Shown here: one piece after another, positions 28,420 through 38,473 of the stretch | Position numbering within the stretch: the first letter of the stretch is position 1 | Layout: the number at the start of each line of letters is the position of its first letter | From: a virus | Taxonomy: Duplodnaviria > Heunggongvirae > Uroviricota > Caudoviricetes | Length of the DNA: 64,000 nt | Virus record (IMG/VR): IMGVR_UViG_3300001528_000192 | Span: 1 to 64,000 of that record | Reading direction: 5' to 3' (one strand) | The notes under the pieces: model-generated | The model's database searches: none | What the model was told of the DNA's origin: nothing | Seen by the model: the letters and a program-made list of their open reading frames with translations, nothing else | Translations under genes and position numbers: made by a program

Positions 28420-28505
28420 TGTTCCCTATGGGATTCGAACCCATGACCCTCGGATTAAAAGTCCGATGCTCTCAAGCCTTACGGAACCAGCTGAGCTAAG
28501 GGAAC
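28420..28505 (-). tRNA. tRNA-Lys (anticodon TTT) with an unusually long D-region (about 12 extra nt)
   Basis: The acceptor is GTTCCCT/AGGGAAC. The anticodon arm is TCGGA CTTTTAA TCCGA. The T-arm is ATGGG TTCGAAT CCCAT. The D-region is GCTCAGCTGGTTCCGTAAGGCTTGAGAGC, 30 nt. Confidence 0.55.
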
Positions 28506-28894
28506 ATGAAGTCCAGATAGAACTGGACTATATCCTTTCAAGAAAGAAAGGAGATTTAGATAACGTAGGAGTTTCTAGCTTTATTCTCAAACTACTAGAA
28601 GATCTCCTACGTGTTACTCTTTATGAGAGCCTGCTATCAATTTTGGGAAGATAGTCAATCCTCAGCATTTTCTTGTTGAAAATCAATAAAAGTCACTAGT
28701 TTATGGATAACGTAGAAACCTGAGAATGTGAAGGTACAAAACTCCAAGAGAGGAAACTTCGCTTCAATGTTTTTGAATAGTAATTCTTTCCATTTTGATT
28801 GCGCACAGTTTGTATAGGAAAGACACGGCTCTTCTAACCTAGGACTCATAGAAGGGCGGAGGAGATTATCCAGTACTGACTGGAACTACTCTCA

Positions 28895-29188
28895 TTACTG
28901 ACGTTTATAGAGATTATATACCTCTACGAATGGTTTATCCATTAAATTGTTATCCTTTGCATATTCAAGGATAGCTCTTAAATCATTACCACTATACCTT
29001 ACAGCACGAATGGTTTTTGATTCAAGAAGATCATTGGCTAATGCAGCTGCCCGCATTGCATCACCAATCGTCTCATACTTTGTTGCCTTCTCCTTATCAG
29101 GAGTAATTACGAGTTCATCATTAAATATTCTAATGAATGCTCTAGAAGTTGCTTGAACTATAAACATAAGCCTTATTTTTAAAACCAA
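28895..29188 (-). CDS. Hypothetical protein
   Basis: 97-aa ORF. Confidence 0.45.
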   Translation of the reverse strand: MVLKIRLMFIVQATSRAFIRIFNDELVITPDKEKATKYETIGDAMRAAALANDLLESKTIRAVRYSGNDLRAILEYAKDNNLMDKPFVEVYNLYKRQ

Positions 29189-29451
29189 GTTATATTAATA
29201 TACCAATTCTCTCCAATGTTCTTTTCCTTATTCCACTCTGACCAAGAACATTCGGTTGAGAAGCCTTGATACTTAAAATATTCAGCCATTTTACGAGCTG
29301 CATCTTCATCATGTATAGGATACTTATAAAGGCAAAGATGCCCTGTTTTGGCAGCCTTATACATATCATTATATATCTGTTCAATGAGCTCTTTTTCGTT
29401 ATTTGCTATATATGCAATAACTTCCGATTTTAATTGTTCTTTTGTGTACAT
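29179..29451 (-). CDS. Hypothetical protein
   Basis: 90-aa ORF. Confidence 0.45.
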   Translation of the reverse strand: MYTKEQLKSEVIAYIANNEKELIEQIYNDMYKAAKTGHLCLYKYPIHDEDAARKMAEYFKYQGFSTECSWSEWNKEKNIGENWYINITWF

Positions 29452-29479
29452 ACTTTCCGTTTTTATTGTTTGTAATATT

Positions 29480-29553
29480 GTGGGTAGTGAGGGACTTGAA
29501 CCCCCGACCGCTTGGGTATAAGCCGAGTGCTCTAACCAACTGAGCTAACTACC
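29480..29553 (-). tRNA. tRNA-Ile (anticodon TAT)
   Basis: The acceptor is GGGTAGT/ACTACCC. The D-arm is GCTCAGTTGGTTAGAGC. The anticodon loop is CTTATAC. The anticodon stem has one mismatch. Confidence 0.6.
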
Positions 29554-29859
29554 CTTTAAGCACATCAAAAGATGTGCGTGCCTTAGTATATTCCACCTAA
29601 GGGTTTTAACTCTCTTTAAAGGTGAGAAACCTTGCCAAGTCGGGATTAATCCAAACACACTGTCGTGTCAACTGAAGCACTGTCAAGGGAATCTACCTGC
29701 ACAGTGTCAACACTGTCCTTATCAGTGCTAGCTGAGTTAGTAGAATTTCCGCATGAAGCAAACATTGCTCCAACCATCAGTGCGAATGCAAAAATTAACT
29801 TTTTCATTTTCGTAAAATTTAATTAAACATTTAAGTTATCTGTGCTACATCCAAAATTG

Positions 29860-29930
29860 TTGGGACAGCCGGATTCGAACCAGCAAAAACGGCTCCAAAA
29901 ACCGTTGTGTTACCATTACACCATGCCCCA
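29860..29930 (-). tRNA. tRNA-Gln (anticodon TTG)
   Basis: The sense sequence is TGGGGCA TG GTGTAATGGTAACAC A ACGGT TTTTGGA GCCGT ... GCTGG TTCGAAT CCGGC TGTCCCA A. It has a U1-A72 pair. Confidence 0.65.
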
Positions 29931-30287
29931 ATCTCTTACTTTTTAAGAGTTGCTTTTATCTTATCCATATTGGAATAGATAGTGCCAACCAAGTCATCTA
30001 CTAAAGATGCAAATACATCTTTATCCTCATAAACATCATCATTTCTTAATGCTTGAGGAGTTATGTCTTCTCTTTCTTTCATAATACTTCTTTTCATAGT
30101 AATCAACTATTGGTAAAGATACTATACCAAATGTCATAATTAAAATTATAATCGTTTCAAATATCATACTAAATGTTAAAAAGTAGAACTACCTTCACAG
30201 GCAATTCTACTAAAACAAAAACAAACAATAAAACATTTGTTTGTGTTTTGTTGATCTGCGATTTGAAAATTGTTGATTTGAGTAAGT

Positions 30288-30370
30288 GGGAGAGGAGCGA
30301 CTCGAACGCCCAGTCTCAGTGAGAACGGATTTACAGTCCGTGCGGCTACCAATTACCGGTTACTCTCCCA
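30288..30370 (-). tRNA. tRNA-Tyr (anticodon GTA)
   Basis: The acceptor is GGGAGAG/CTCTCCC. The anticodon arm is ACGGA CTGTAAA TCCGT. It has a long variable arm. Confidence 0.8.
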
Positions 30371-30646
30371 AAACGACTTAGTAAAGAACCCAAGTTTCCT
30401 TCTTTAATCCTGACTAACTTAGTAGGGCAATGGGCTTTGTCTCCTACCTCTAAATTCCAGTCCCTAAGTCTGGATAGCCGCTTCTAGTTAGGCTGACACT
30501 ATCTTTATTAGTGGTGCAACAACTTTTCTATCCACAATTAATTTATCACGTCTGTTGCTAACGTCTATACCTTTTCCTACAGTATTTTAAGTATAGAAAA
30601 TCGCATTACCTATCTTAAGTTGCCACTTCCTTGAGAGGTGTACTGC

Positions 30647-30719
30647 TGCGATGAGTGGGAAGACGTGGAATCGAACCACAATCTCAGGATTTTCAGTCCT
30701 GTGCTTTGACCTTCTAAGC
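30647..30719 (-). tRNA. tRNA-Phe (anticodon GAA)
   Basis: The acceptor is GGGAAGA/TCTTCCC. The anticodon arm is CAGGA CTGAAAA TCCTG. Confidence 0.8.
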
Positions 30720-30793
30720 TATCTTCCCAATTTGCTAGAAAGCCTATTCACATAGACTTCCTAGCTTGCGTATCATGCCTACAAAACAAAGTG

Positions 30794-30868
30794 TCCAAGG
30801 CACAGGACTCGAACCTGTAACCTAGAGTTTAGGAAACTCTTGCTCTGGTCCAATTGAGCTAGCCGTGG
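30794..30868 (-). tRNA. tRNA-Arg (anticodon CCT)
   Basis: The D-arm is GCTCAATTGGACCAGAGC. The anticodon arm is AGAGT TTCCTAA ACTCT. The T-loop is TTCGAGT. The acceptor has one C-T mismatch. Confidence 0.65.
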
Positions 30869-31009
30869 ATGGATTCGAGTATAGTATTGGACGTGCAAAC
30901 TATCATACTCTATACTCTAATAATACATTGAGTTATCAGGCATACCCGTGGATTGCACCGCTACCTCTAACAACTCCCAGATTAAGCGTCTGGTACTCTC
31001 CATTATTTG

Positions 31010-31081
31010 CGGTCTATAAGAGAGTCGAACTCTTATCCCTGCATAGACAGTGCAGTATCCTAGCCGTTGAACCAATAGACC
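31010..31081 (-). tRNA. tRNA-Asp (anticodon GTC)
   Basis: The acceptor is GGTCTAT/ATAGACC. The anticodon arm is CTGCA CTGTCTA TGCAG. The T-loop is TTCGACT. Confidence 0.65.
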
Positions 31082-31664
31082 AAAATAGACTCTACACTCA
31101 CGTGCCGAGTCTACTAACTTGATTTTTAATGAAACAAGTGATGTCCCTGTTTCAATGTAAACTATTTGACGTGGAGCCGATGGGGAACGATCCCATAACC
31201 CCCTGCTATGACACAGAAGGCAAACCAATTTGAAGCTCCTAATCTCTATGAAATTATTCTTTTTGTTTTCTATATACTCTACTACTTTCTTTATTAAGTC
31301 TTCCATAAGTCTCCGTGAGAGAATGACAGTTAGGGCATAACAACTAAAGGTTCTCTTCAGAGTTATTCACACAGTTCCCATCAATATGGTGAATCTATAG
31401 TGGAACTAGTCCCGACGTTGGATTAACTTCATGCCATCCGCACATCTAACAGGATGAATTATACTTATCAAATAAGTATCTTCTGATATGATTGCTTACA
31501 TCATATTTGCCTTTCCTTCCATCCTCTTGACCATTTTTCCATCTCTCTATATACTACTTGTGCTGATATTCTATCTAACAAGACTAACTACAATATTTGT
31601 TCTTAGACTTGCCACCTGTTAGTTCTCTTCCACAGTTTATACAAGTTCTCATAGTGGAGCCTGA

Positions 31665-31738
31665 GGGATTCGAACCCTAAATTTCACTTTGCAAAAGTGA
31701 TATGTTAGCCAATTACATCACAGGCCCCAAAGTTGTTA
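31665..31738 (-). tRNA. tRNA-Ala (anticodon TGC)
   Basis: The acceptor is GGGGCCT/AGGCTCC and includes a G3-U70 wobble pair. The anticodon arm is TCACT TTTGCAA AGTGA. Confidence 0.8.
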
Positions 31739-31969
31739 CTGCAAAACCCCATACGGAAAACAATCAGTAACAGTCCTTGTACTTCGGAATTGTTTCGAGA
31801 GACGCTTTCAGCGGACGGTCTCATATCCAGACACCTCGTAACGTGCAGGTGCAAACGCTAGATCATAATATTCTCAATAGTTCTAAAACTCTTACACATA
31901 ACTTATAAATAAGAGGTAAGAATATTAGAAACAATAAGAAAATGTCACTGTATTCTTTATAAGTATATT

Positions 31970-32233
31970 TCATTCTAGTGGGTCTAATCCTCCAACACAC
32001 GATTCATAACTCTCTTTGCCATCAGAATCTCTTGTAATAAAGTAATAATCCTCATTTGTTTCGGACATTCCAATTAGAGTGATTTCCTTTCCTCTGCAAT
32101 CCTTATATTTGTCACCAATATGTGCTGCAAATTCTTTATACCAATCAGGTAAATCCTCTCTATCTTTTACTTCATTATAAGAGGAATAAATCTTTTCCCA
32201 CTTTATATACCCGTCATACCTTTTGAACTCCAT
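31970..32233 (-). CDS. Hypothetical protein
   Basis: 87-aa ORF. Confidence 0.45.
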   Translation of the reverse strand: MEFKRYDGYIKWEKIYSSYNEVKDREDLPDWYKEFAAHIGDKYKDCRGKEITLIGMSETNEDYYFITRDSDGKESYESCVGGLDPLE

Positions 32234-32392
32234 ACTTTCTTACTTTTAATTGTAACTCTCTAAATTCATCTTTAGAAAGAACTTCTTTAAGTACTTCTAA
32301 AGAGACATAAGTGTGAGAAGTCTCTGGAAAGTTCATCATAGGATGTTCTGTCCAAATATTTCTCGTAATGTCATTAGTGTAAATGTACTTTT

Positions 32393-32821
32393 TCATCTCT
32401 CTATAATTATATTCTCAAATTCAAAATCTCTCCAATTTAGAGCTTTGAACTGATTTCTAGATTCCTTATATTCAAGGTTGAAAGTTACTATTGTTCTTCC
32501 TAGTACAAGTTCAATCGGAACTAATAGCAATGTATCCGACTCTATATTGTATAGAGCAAAGTAATCAACTTCTTCTTTAGTGTATTTATGCTTAACTCCA
32601 TTCTTTCTATGCATAGTTGAACTTACTAAACTAAAAGTCATTTTGCCATCTTCACATTTTTCAGAAGTTTTCACTTGTATTCTTTGTAACTTTCCATTAA
32701 AATCTGCAATTAAGTCGGATCTTTCGTTGTCTCCAAATGCCTGATACACAGGCACGTGTAAGCTTACAAACTTACATAAGGCTTTTGCCTCACCGATGTT
32801 TCCTAATTGCTTTGTATTCAT
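32393..32821 (-). CDS. PD-(D/E)XK-type nuclease-like protein
   Basis: GNIGEAKA...ERSDLIADFNGKLQRIQVKT fits a D...(E/Q)VK restriction-endonuclease-fold motif. Confidence 0.45.
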   Translation of the reverse strand: MNTKQLGNIGEAKALCKFVSLHVPVYQAFGDNERSDLIADFNGKLQRIQVKTSEKCEDGKMTFSLVSSTMHRKNGVKHKYTKEEVDYFALYNIESDTLLLVPIELVLGRTIVTFNLEYKESRNQFKALNWRDFEFENIIIER

Positions 32822-32823
32822 TG

Positions 32824-32894
32824 CGCCCTGTGATGGAGTCGAACCACCCTAGCGAAATTAACAGTTTCGAGTTCTACCGATGAACTAACAAGGC
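32824..32894 (-). tRNA. tRNA-Asn (anticodon GTT)
   Basis: The acceptor is GCCTTGT/ACAGGGC. The anticodon arm is CGAAA CTGTTAA TTTCG. The T-arm is GGTGG TTCGACT CCATC. Confidence 0.8.
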
Positions 32895-33476
32895 AAGTAC
32901 CACTATCGAGCTTCCTCAAACTCTTGTAATTAAATACAGATAGTGGATGGAAGTTTCTAGCTTACTTCCAACTGACTCTCTTTTGGCGTAGTCATATCCT
33001 TCTGTCATTATAGTGTACAGATAGCACTGAGGAACGCAAGACCTGTATGCGTAACAAGTCTCGAAACTAACTTCTAATAAGAAGCAGCGTACCGCTAACC
33101 AGACACGATCTGGTATTGCAACATTGAAAATGTTGAGTCCTGACCAATTAGACGATGGCGGCAAAGAAACAGAGTACAATGAAAGGTATTTCCAAAAATA
33201 TATGGGTCAGAAATTCGTATCAAAATTTGCTGTAAGTACTCTTGTTATAATAACTCAATTACAAGAAATGTCAAAAATCAGAACACCGTTTGTTTTCAAA
33301 AATCCCTGAACGAAGAATTGCTGTAAGTGTTCTTGTGTCGAATAATATAAAAAATTATCAGATAGCGTGTTGATTGTTTATTTACTTCGGACAATCACCG
33401 AAAACTCAATTACCATTAAAAATTGTGTTTAGAATAGATAATTTTTGCTGTACGCTATCTTGTTGGTGAAAAGAAG

Positions 33477-33549
33477 AGCGGGAAATGGGATTCAAACCCA
33501 CGACCCTCTGCTTGGAAGGCAGATGCTCTAATCCCTGAGCTACTCCCGC
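33477..33549 (-). tRNA. tRNA-Gly (anticodon TCC)
   Basis: The sense sequence is GCGGGAGTAGCTCAGGGATTAGAGCATCTGCCTTCCAAGCAGAGGGTCGTGGGTTTGAATCCCATTTCCCGC. Confidence 0.8.
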
Positions 33550-33698
33550 ATAAAAATTGAACTTCTTGTTCTCTTTTGTAAAATTGTATAGCAAAGATAG
33601 TATATACAAGGAAAATTGCCAAATCAAATACTGTTAAAATTTGTAAATTGATTTAGGTCAAATTTTCCTCATAAATACTATCTCAACCCAATAACAGA

Positions 33699-34109
33699 TT
33701 ATATGTCAAGACATATCTTTTGGACACTAAGTACAACATCCATACCATTCTCTCTTAAGAGTTTGATTGCTGCTTGTATATCAGGTCTTTTAAGTACGTC
33801 TTTACGTCTCTTCTTATCATACCATTTATTGTGGTACGCATTCACTTTCTTCTGGTATTCCTTATAAATCTCACCAAGCTTATGAAAATGAATTGGCTTG
33901 TTGGGATTATTAAAGCAATACAAGTCTTCTCCAATTAGCTTTACAAGTCCAGAATTGCAGAATGCTGTCCAAAATACTGGATTGGACGGTATTCCACAAC
34001 TCTTAAATCCTTCTCGGATTGTATCACTTGTAAAAGGAGTTTTAGCTAGCTGATGACGCAATGTATTTAATCCTACAATGTGCGCTTCAGCATCAAACTT
34101 CTTAGCCAT
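33699..34109 (-). CDS. Hypothetical protein
   Basis: 136-aa ORF. Confidence 0.5.
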   Translation of the reverse strand: MAKKFDAEAHIVGLNTLRHQLAKTPFTSDTIREGFKSCGIPSNPVFWTAFCNSGLVKLIGEDLYCFNNPNKPIHFHKLGEIYKEYQKKVNAYHNKWYDKKRRKDVLKRPDIQAAIKLLRENGMDVVLSVQKICLDI

Positions 34110-34353
34110 TGTTCTGCTCGTTGTAAAGATCTCGCATCTCCTGTACCAAGTCAGAGCACCAGTTCATAGTGCGACCATGGTACTTAGAGAAGAGATCCAC
34201 ACCAGCAAACTCACGAGGCTGAATGTCATGGATCTGGTTGTTCTTGTCAATCTCCACCTCTAACTCGAAGGGAAGATTGACAACCAACTTCTGCTGATTC
34301 TGTCCAACCTTTGTTTCTTTGTTTGTAGTGATAATTGCTTTAAAATTCTTCAT
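34102..34353 (-). CDS. Hypothetical protein
   Basis: 83-aa ORF. Confidence 0.4.
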   Translation of the reverse strand: MKNFKAIITTNKETKVGQNQQKLVVNLPFELEVEIDKNNQIHDIQPREFAGVDLFSKYHGRTMNWCSDLVQEMRDLYNEQNNG

Positions 34354-34647
34354 AGAATCTTACCTTCCTAGCAAGGATTTATTAATGTCTAGGTAAAATT
34401 ACAGTCTTTGACTGCCAGTCAGAATACTTTTCAGGAGAGCTACTATTATTCACTCTATAAGTATACGAAACCATAAACACTTGTGGGAGTAATACGAATT
34501 GAACGTATTTTGGTCCTATTCGATAACACACTAGTTGTTTCTTTCTTTACCTTATCACCTGTCCTACACATTCGCGACTGTATAGGTAACTCCCAAGTTC
34601 ACCTTTTTATTTAATTGAGAGGTGTAACTCAACTCTTTTAGGAATGC

Positions 34648-34950
34648 CTACTTCTTAGCCATCTTTTCAAAAGCCTCTTTGAAAAGTCTATCAACATCTT
34701 CCTTGGTAGGATTCTTCATCTCTTTCACTTTCTTCTCGATTTCTGGAAGTTTAGAGACCATTTTCTTCATTTGCATGTGGATTGTAACATGCCCTGCCAA
34801 TACTGATGCGATAACTGCAGCTTTGATCTCATCAGGAAGTTCCTTAACGTTCTTCTCAAAGCTATCATGATCACAGCTAAATCCCATTGCCACAGTTGAG
34901 ATTGCCTTATCTACAATCTCGAAACTGTACATTTTGTTTCCTTTTTCCAT
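34648..34950 (-). CDS. Hypothetical protein
   Basis: 100-aa ORF with a T-run immediately upstream of the start on the plus strand. Confidence 0.5.
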   Translation of the reverse strand: MEKGNKMYSFEIVDKAISTVAMGFSCDHDSFEKNVKELPDEIKAAVIASVLAGHVTIHMQMKKMVSKLPEIEKKVKEMKNPTKEDVDRLFKEAFEKMAKK

Positions 34951-35024
34951 TGTTTTTTTTTTTAGTTAACTAACCTAGGTAAAGCTTACTATTCTTTAGC
35001 TATACCAAATTTCTGGAATGTTTG

Positions 35025-35333
35025 TCATTTCTTCTTTTTATTTTGACTTTTATACAAGTTTATAGCCTTAATTATTGCAGAATATTGCTTAGGATTTAAT
35101 CCATCCAAATCAACTGGAACTTCTAAGTGTTCTTTCTTTACTTTCTTAATAGTTTCAATAGGATTACAACAAGTCGTTGTAAGAACATAATTTCTTATGT
35201 ATTCCTTAAACTTATCGTAAGAAGGTAAAGTCATAACTCGTCCATTCATTATAAGAATTGGACTAGAAGAGTTAGTCGGACATATTATTTGTAATCTATC
35301 TGGTTGAGATAGAAAGTTTATATGATCTGACAC
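35025..35333 (-). CDS. Hypothetical protein
   Basis: 102-aa ORF. Confidence 0.45.
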   Translation of the reverse strand: MSDHINFLSQPDRLQIICPTNSSSPILIMNGRVMTLPSYDKFKEYIRNYVLTTTCCNPIETIKKVKKEHLEVPVDLDGLNPKQYSAIIKAINLYKSQNKKKK

Positions 35334-35452
35334 TCTAATTTTAGAAGGTCCGAATCTGAAATAACTAGATCCAGACTCATTCTCTTTAATGAATGAATCT
35401 TTGTCTAGTCTTAAGAGATATTTCTCTATTTTTTTTTTAGCTCCATAACCTT

Positions 35453-35692
35453 CTAAATTACGATAACTACTATCTCAATCTCTAGAACTTTAGGAAGTTG
35501 AACGTAGGATTGATCGATTGCTTTCAAGAGCATTGATGCAGCTTTAGCTGCCATCTTCTCTCCAGACTCTATAGCATCTATTGCCACATTACTTACAAAC
35601 TCTTTAGCCTCTTCTTTAGAAAGAGTGCCGAGTACTGATTCTCCGTCTGTGAAGAACTCAACTCCGTTTGAACATGCAAAAATCTTTTTCAT
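35453..35692 (-). CDS. Hypothetical protein
   Basis: 79-aa ORF. Confidence 0.45.
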   Translation of the reverse strand: MKKIFACSNGVEFFTDGESVLGTLSKEEAKEFVSNVAIDAIESGEKMAAKAASMLLKAIDQSYVQLPKVLEIEIVVIVI

Positions 35693-35724
35693 TTTCTTAT
35701 TGTTTTATTGTTAATAACTGGAGA

Positions 35725-35798
35725 CTATCTGGGAGTCGAACCCAGGTGACTTAGCCATAGGCACAGTATCCTAACCGTTAGATGAATAGTCTCAAAGG
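35725..35798 (-). other. tRNA-like element with good acceptor and T-arm but no canonical anticodon arm
   Basis: The sense sequence is AGACTAT...GATACTGTGCCTATGGCTAAGTCACC-TGGG TTCGACT CCCA-ATAGTCT. No 5-bp stem with a 7-nt loop could be found in the anticodon region. Confidence 0.25.
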
Positions 35799-35809
35799 GA
35801 CACAAGAAA

Positions 35810-36421
35810 TCAGTAGCCTAAACTTCTATAATAAGGATAATTACTTCTTGCTTTGTTGAACATAGCACGAATGTTAGAGCTTAAAAGTCTCTTGTATTGG
35901 TCGAGAATCATCTCATAAAGACTACGATTCTCATCAACTCCAAAGCCATTGCATCCGTACTTGTCCTCCTTACACTTCTCCCAGAAAGGAATCGGCTTGG
36001 TTACAAGTCCCCATATTCCTCCTAAATATACTTGATCAGGAGTCATACTTGGAATATCTAGTGTTCTAAATACTCCATAAGGACAAGGTCCAATATTCTC
36101 ATTCTGGAATCCAGTCCCCCACGCATCCTTATGTATATTTATAAGGTTGAGAAGTGATGTACAGCTCTCTATTGCATCAAGGAATCTCTGTCCTTCTAAA
36201 CACTGCTTAGTGTAGATGGACATTTGCTTCATGTTCTCTTGAACTTCAGCCTTGTGGAACAGTCTGTTCCATGCATTATTCTTTCTCATAGTCATAATTC
36301 TTAGTTGTTTTGTTCTGCTTCTAAAGCCCACAACCAGACAAATATTCCAGCTGTAAACAATACTGATGTAAACATGTTGTGCCAAATAAAGACACTTGCC
36401 CATGCTAAAGCACATAAGCAA
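35810..36421 (-). CDS. Hypothetical protein (the true start is probably an internal Met)
   Basis: 203-aa ORF. Confidence 0.45.
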   Translation of the reverse strand: MLMCFSMGKCLYLAQHVYISIVYSWNICLVVGFRSRTKQLRIMTMRKNNAWNRLFHKAEVQENMKQMSIYTKQCLEGQRFLDAIESCTSLLNLINIHKDAWGTGFQNENIGPCPYGVFRTLDIPSMTPDQVYLGGIWGLVTKPIPFWEKCKEDKYGCNGFGVDENRSLYEMILDQYKRLLSSNIRAMFNKARSNYPYYRSLGY

Positions 36422-37832
36422 ATAAGAATGATCACCATGAGGACTGACTCTGTTCTTTTCATATTCTTTTCACCTTTTATAAGTGAGAATGCTTAGTGCA
36501 CTCTCACTTTGATTATTTTCTTTACTATTCCGTTACTGTTCATTGACTCAAGGATTTGTCTTTCCATTTCCTCTTTGAACATTCCTCTCTTCGCAGTTCT
36601 GAATTGAACAGAAACTGTGACCTTCTCGCCTGCTACATTTGTAAGAGTAGCGAGAACTTTAATGTCTGATGTGATAAATAACATAATTTTACTTTGTTTT
36701 ATTAAGTTGATTTTGAAAATATTCGTTTACAAATTGTAAATAGAACTCTTTAACACTATTGTAATCTTCCTCAGTCATTTCATTAACTGTAGACCAATAG
36801 TTATTTGCTCTTGATGCAGTTATAATGTTGTTTGTTTCATCATAAATGATTTCGAGCATTTTTAACATATTATTCTTTTTCATATTACTTTGTTTTATAG
36901 TTCACAGACACAGAGCCATTATTAATTAATAGTCCTTATTATTAAACTAATCGTCGCTAATTATATTAATAGTTTCTCTCTGTGTTTCGTCCAGTCTCAT
37001 CAGTGTGAATTTTAAAGTCTCCTGGCTGACTCATGAGGAAGCGACCTCAAGTAATATTCCTCACTATAGGTTTCTACTATGCCTTTAGTCCATCTATAGT
37101 AAGTTGTTCTTTACCCTGCTACAAGGGTGATATACCTGTCGTGATCCCTCCGTACAAGTATATCTTTGGATAATATCTCTTACTCCTTATCCAAGGGAAG
37201 CCTCTCTTTTAGCACTGAGGTTATCGCTTTCAAATATGTAGAGTCCTTTATCACTTACTATCTCCTCTACTAATTTTCATTCAGTATTTGTGAATAACCT
37301 CTAGAATATATCCTGTTAAGAACTCTTCTTTATGAAGAGAGAAAAAATCATCTATTCTAGTGATGTTTTTTACTTTTTTGTCTTAGGTTTAAATTGTCAT
37401 AAATTTTTTAGTTTAACCTATACTACTAAAAAGGTTTAATTACTAAATTTTTGTTGACTTGTATATAATCCCAATAATGGGAAAATTTTTAAACTTTAAT
37501 TTTTTGAGGATTTAGTGGCGTGTTTATGTGTGCTCTCGTTTACATCACCCTCTTCCTCTCTCAAAACATTACCAATCAAAGCAAACATAACACCAGCATA
37601 AGAATATGAACAATCAAGAGCAATAGAATAAGAAAGAGAATTTTACTTCTCTTTCTCTTCCATTACTCTTAAAAGGTCATACTTGAATCCGAGCCACTTC
37701 ACTAAGAAGTAACCATTACACTTACGTTTAGAATCCTTAGTCAACCATAAAGTCTTATTATCTAAGACAATATGGTCATTGACTAAGTATCCTTTTACAG
37801 TTTCATAGCGCATACTCTTACACTAAAACAAA

Positions 37833-37847
37833 GGGGCATAAAGCCCC
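37833..37847 (-). terminator. Rho-independent terminator (GGGGC-ataaa-GCCCC followed by a T-rich run on the minus strand)
   Basis: The hairpin lies 6 nt downstream of the stop of gene 37854..38249. The minus-strand sense reads GGGGCTTTATGCCCC TTTGTTTTAG. Confidence 0.5.
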
Positions 37848-37853
37848 AATGTT

Positions 37854-38249
37854 TTAAGCTACCTCAAATTTGAGATAGCGAGATGTAGACTTAGAGCCGT
37901 CAGGTTGGTCGAAAGCTCTTTCAACTACCTTTGTGACTTTAAGTTTGAGTGTGCCTTCCTCGCTGAATAACTCAACGAAAGAGGCAAGACGCTCCTTAAT
38001 GGTCTTACCATTTAAGGTAAGTCCATTGTTACGACGAGTGAGCTGAGATGCTGACACAGCAACATCACCATCGGACTGAATGTCAGTCCACTCCTGCTGA
38101 GTACCATTGATGGTCTCCTTGCGAGGAACGAACATCTCCTTAGAGAGAGTGAAGTTGAGTTCATCACCAACGGCGAGAGGAACCATACGAGCTTCCTTTT
38201 CACCACCGTTCACGTTAATCTCATCGAACTTGAAATCTGCTTTTTTCAT
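37854..38249 (-). CDS. Hypothetical protein (locally GC-rich)
   Basis: 131-aa ORF. Its GC content is higher than the surrounding sequence. Confidence 0.55.
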   Translation of the reverse strand: MKKADFKFDEINVNGGEKEARMVPLAVGDELNFTLSKEMFVPRKETINGTQQEWTDIQSDGDVAVSASQLTRRNNGLTLNGKTIKERLASFVELFSEEGTLKLKVTKVVERAFDQPDGSKSTSRYLKFEVA

Positions 38250-38473
38250 AATGCTAAAATTTTTAATGTTAGTAATGTTTATTTTTTGTTTTTGTTCAAG
38301 ACTGTAGGGGGGACTGAAAGATGTTGTGGAAATTCGTCTGTATGACTCTCTTAGGTTTAAAACTTAACCCCTTCCAATGGTGAACCAATAAAATAATTAG
38401 TACAATTGCTTATAAATATAAATATTATAAATACCCCTACAAAATTTCAATAAGTCAGAAAACTATAATATAT

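Noticed and set aside
28256-28654. ORF-track plus-strand ORF of 132 aa
   Set aside because: It lies entirely antisense to three tRNA genes (Met, Met, Lys). It is an artefact of tRNA sequence.
31150-31230. Possible tRNA around ggagccgatggggaacgatcccat
   Set aside because: The loop does not match a T-loop consensus, and no acceptor or anticodon arms could be built.
30865-31306. ORF-track ORFs 30865..31122 (+) and 30917..31306 (-)
   Set aside because: They overlap tRNA-Asp and flanking tRNA-rich non-coding sequence. They have no coding signature.
34441-34520. T-arm-like hairpin ATACG TTCAATT CGTAT with an acceptor-like 3' tail
   Set aside because: It has a non-canonical T-loop and no 5' partner strand. 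It is too weak to call even as a tRNA-like fragment.
37391-38361. 13-mer tcttaggtttaaa present twice about 960 bp apart, flanking gene 37854..38249
   Set aside because: In a 64-kb AT-rich sequence, tens of 13-mer coincidences are expected by chance. There is no extended repeat around either copy.
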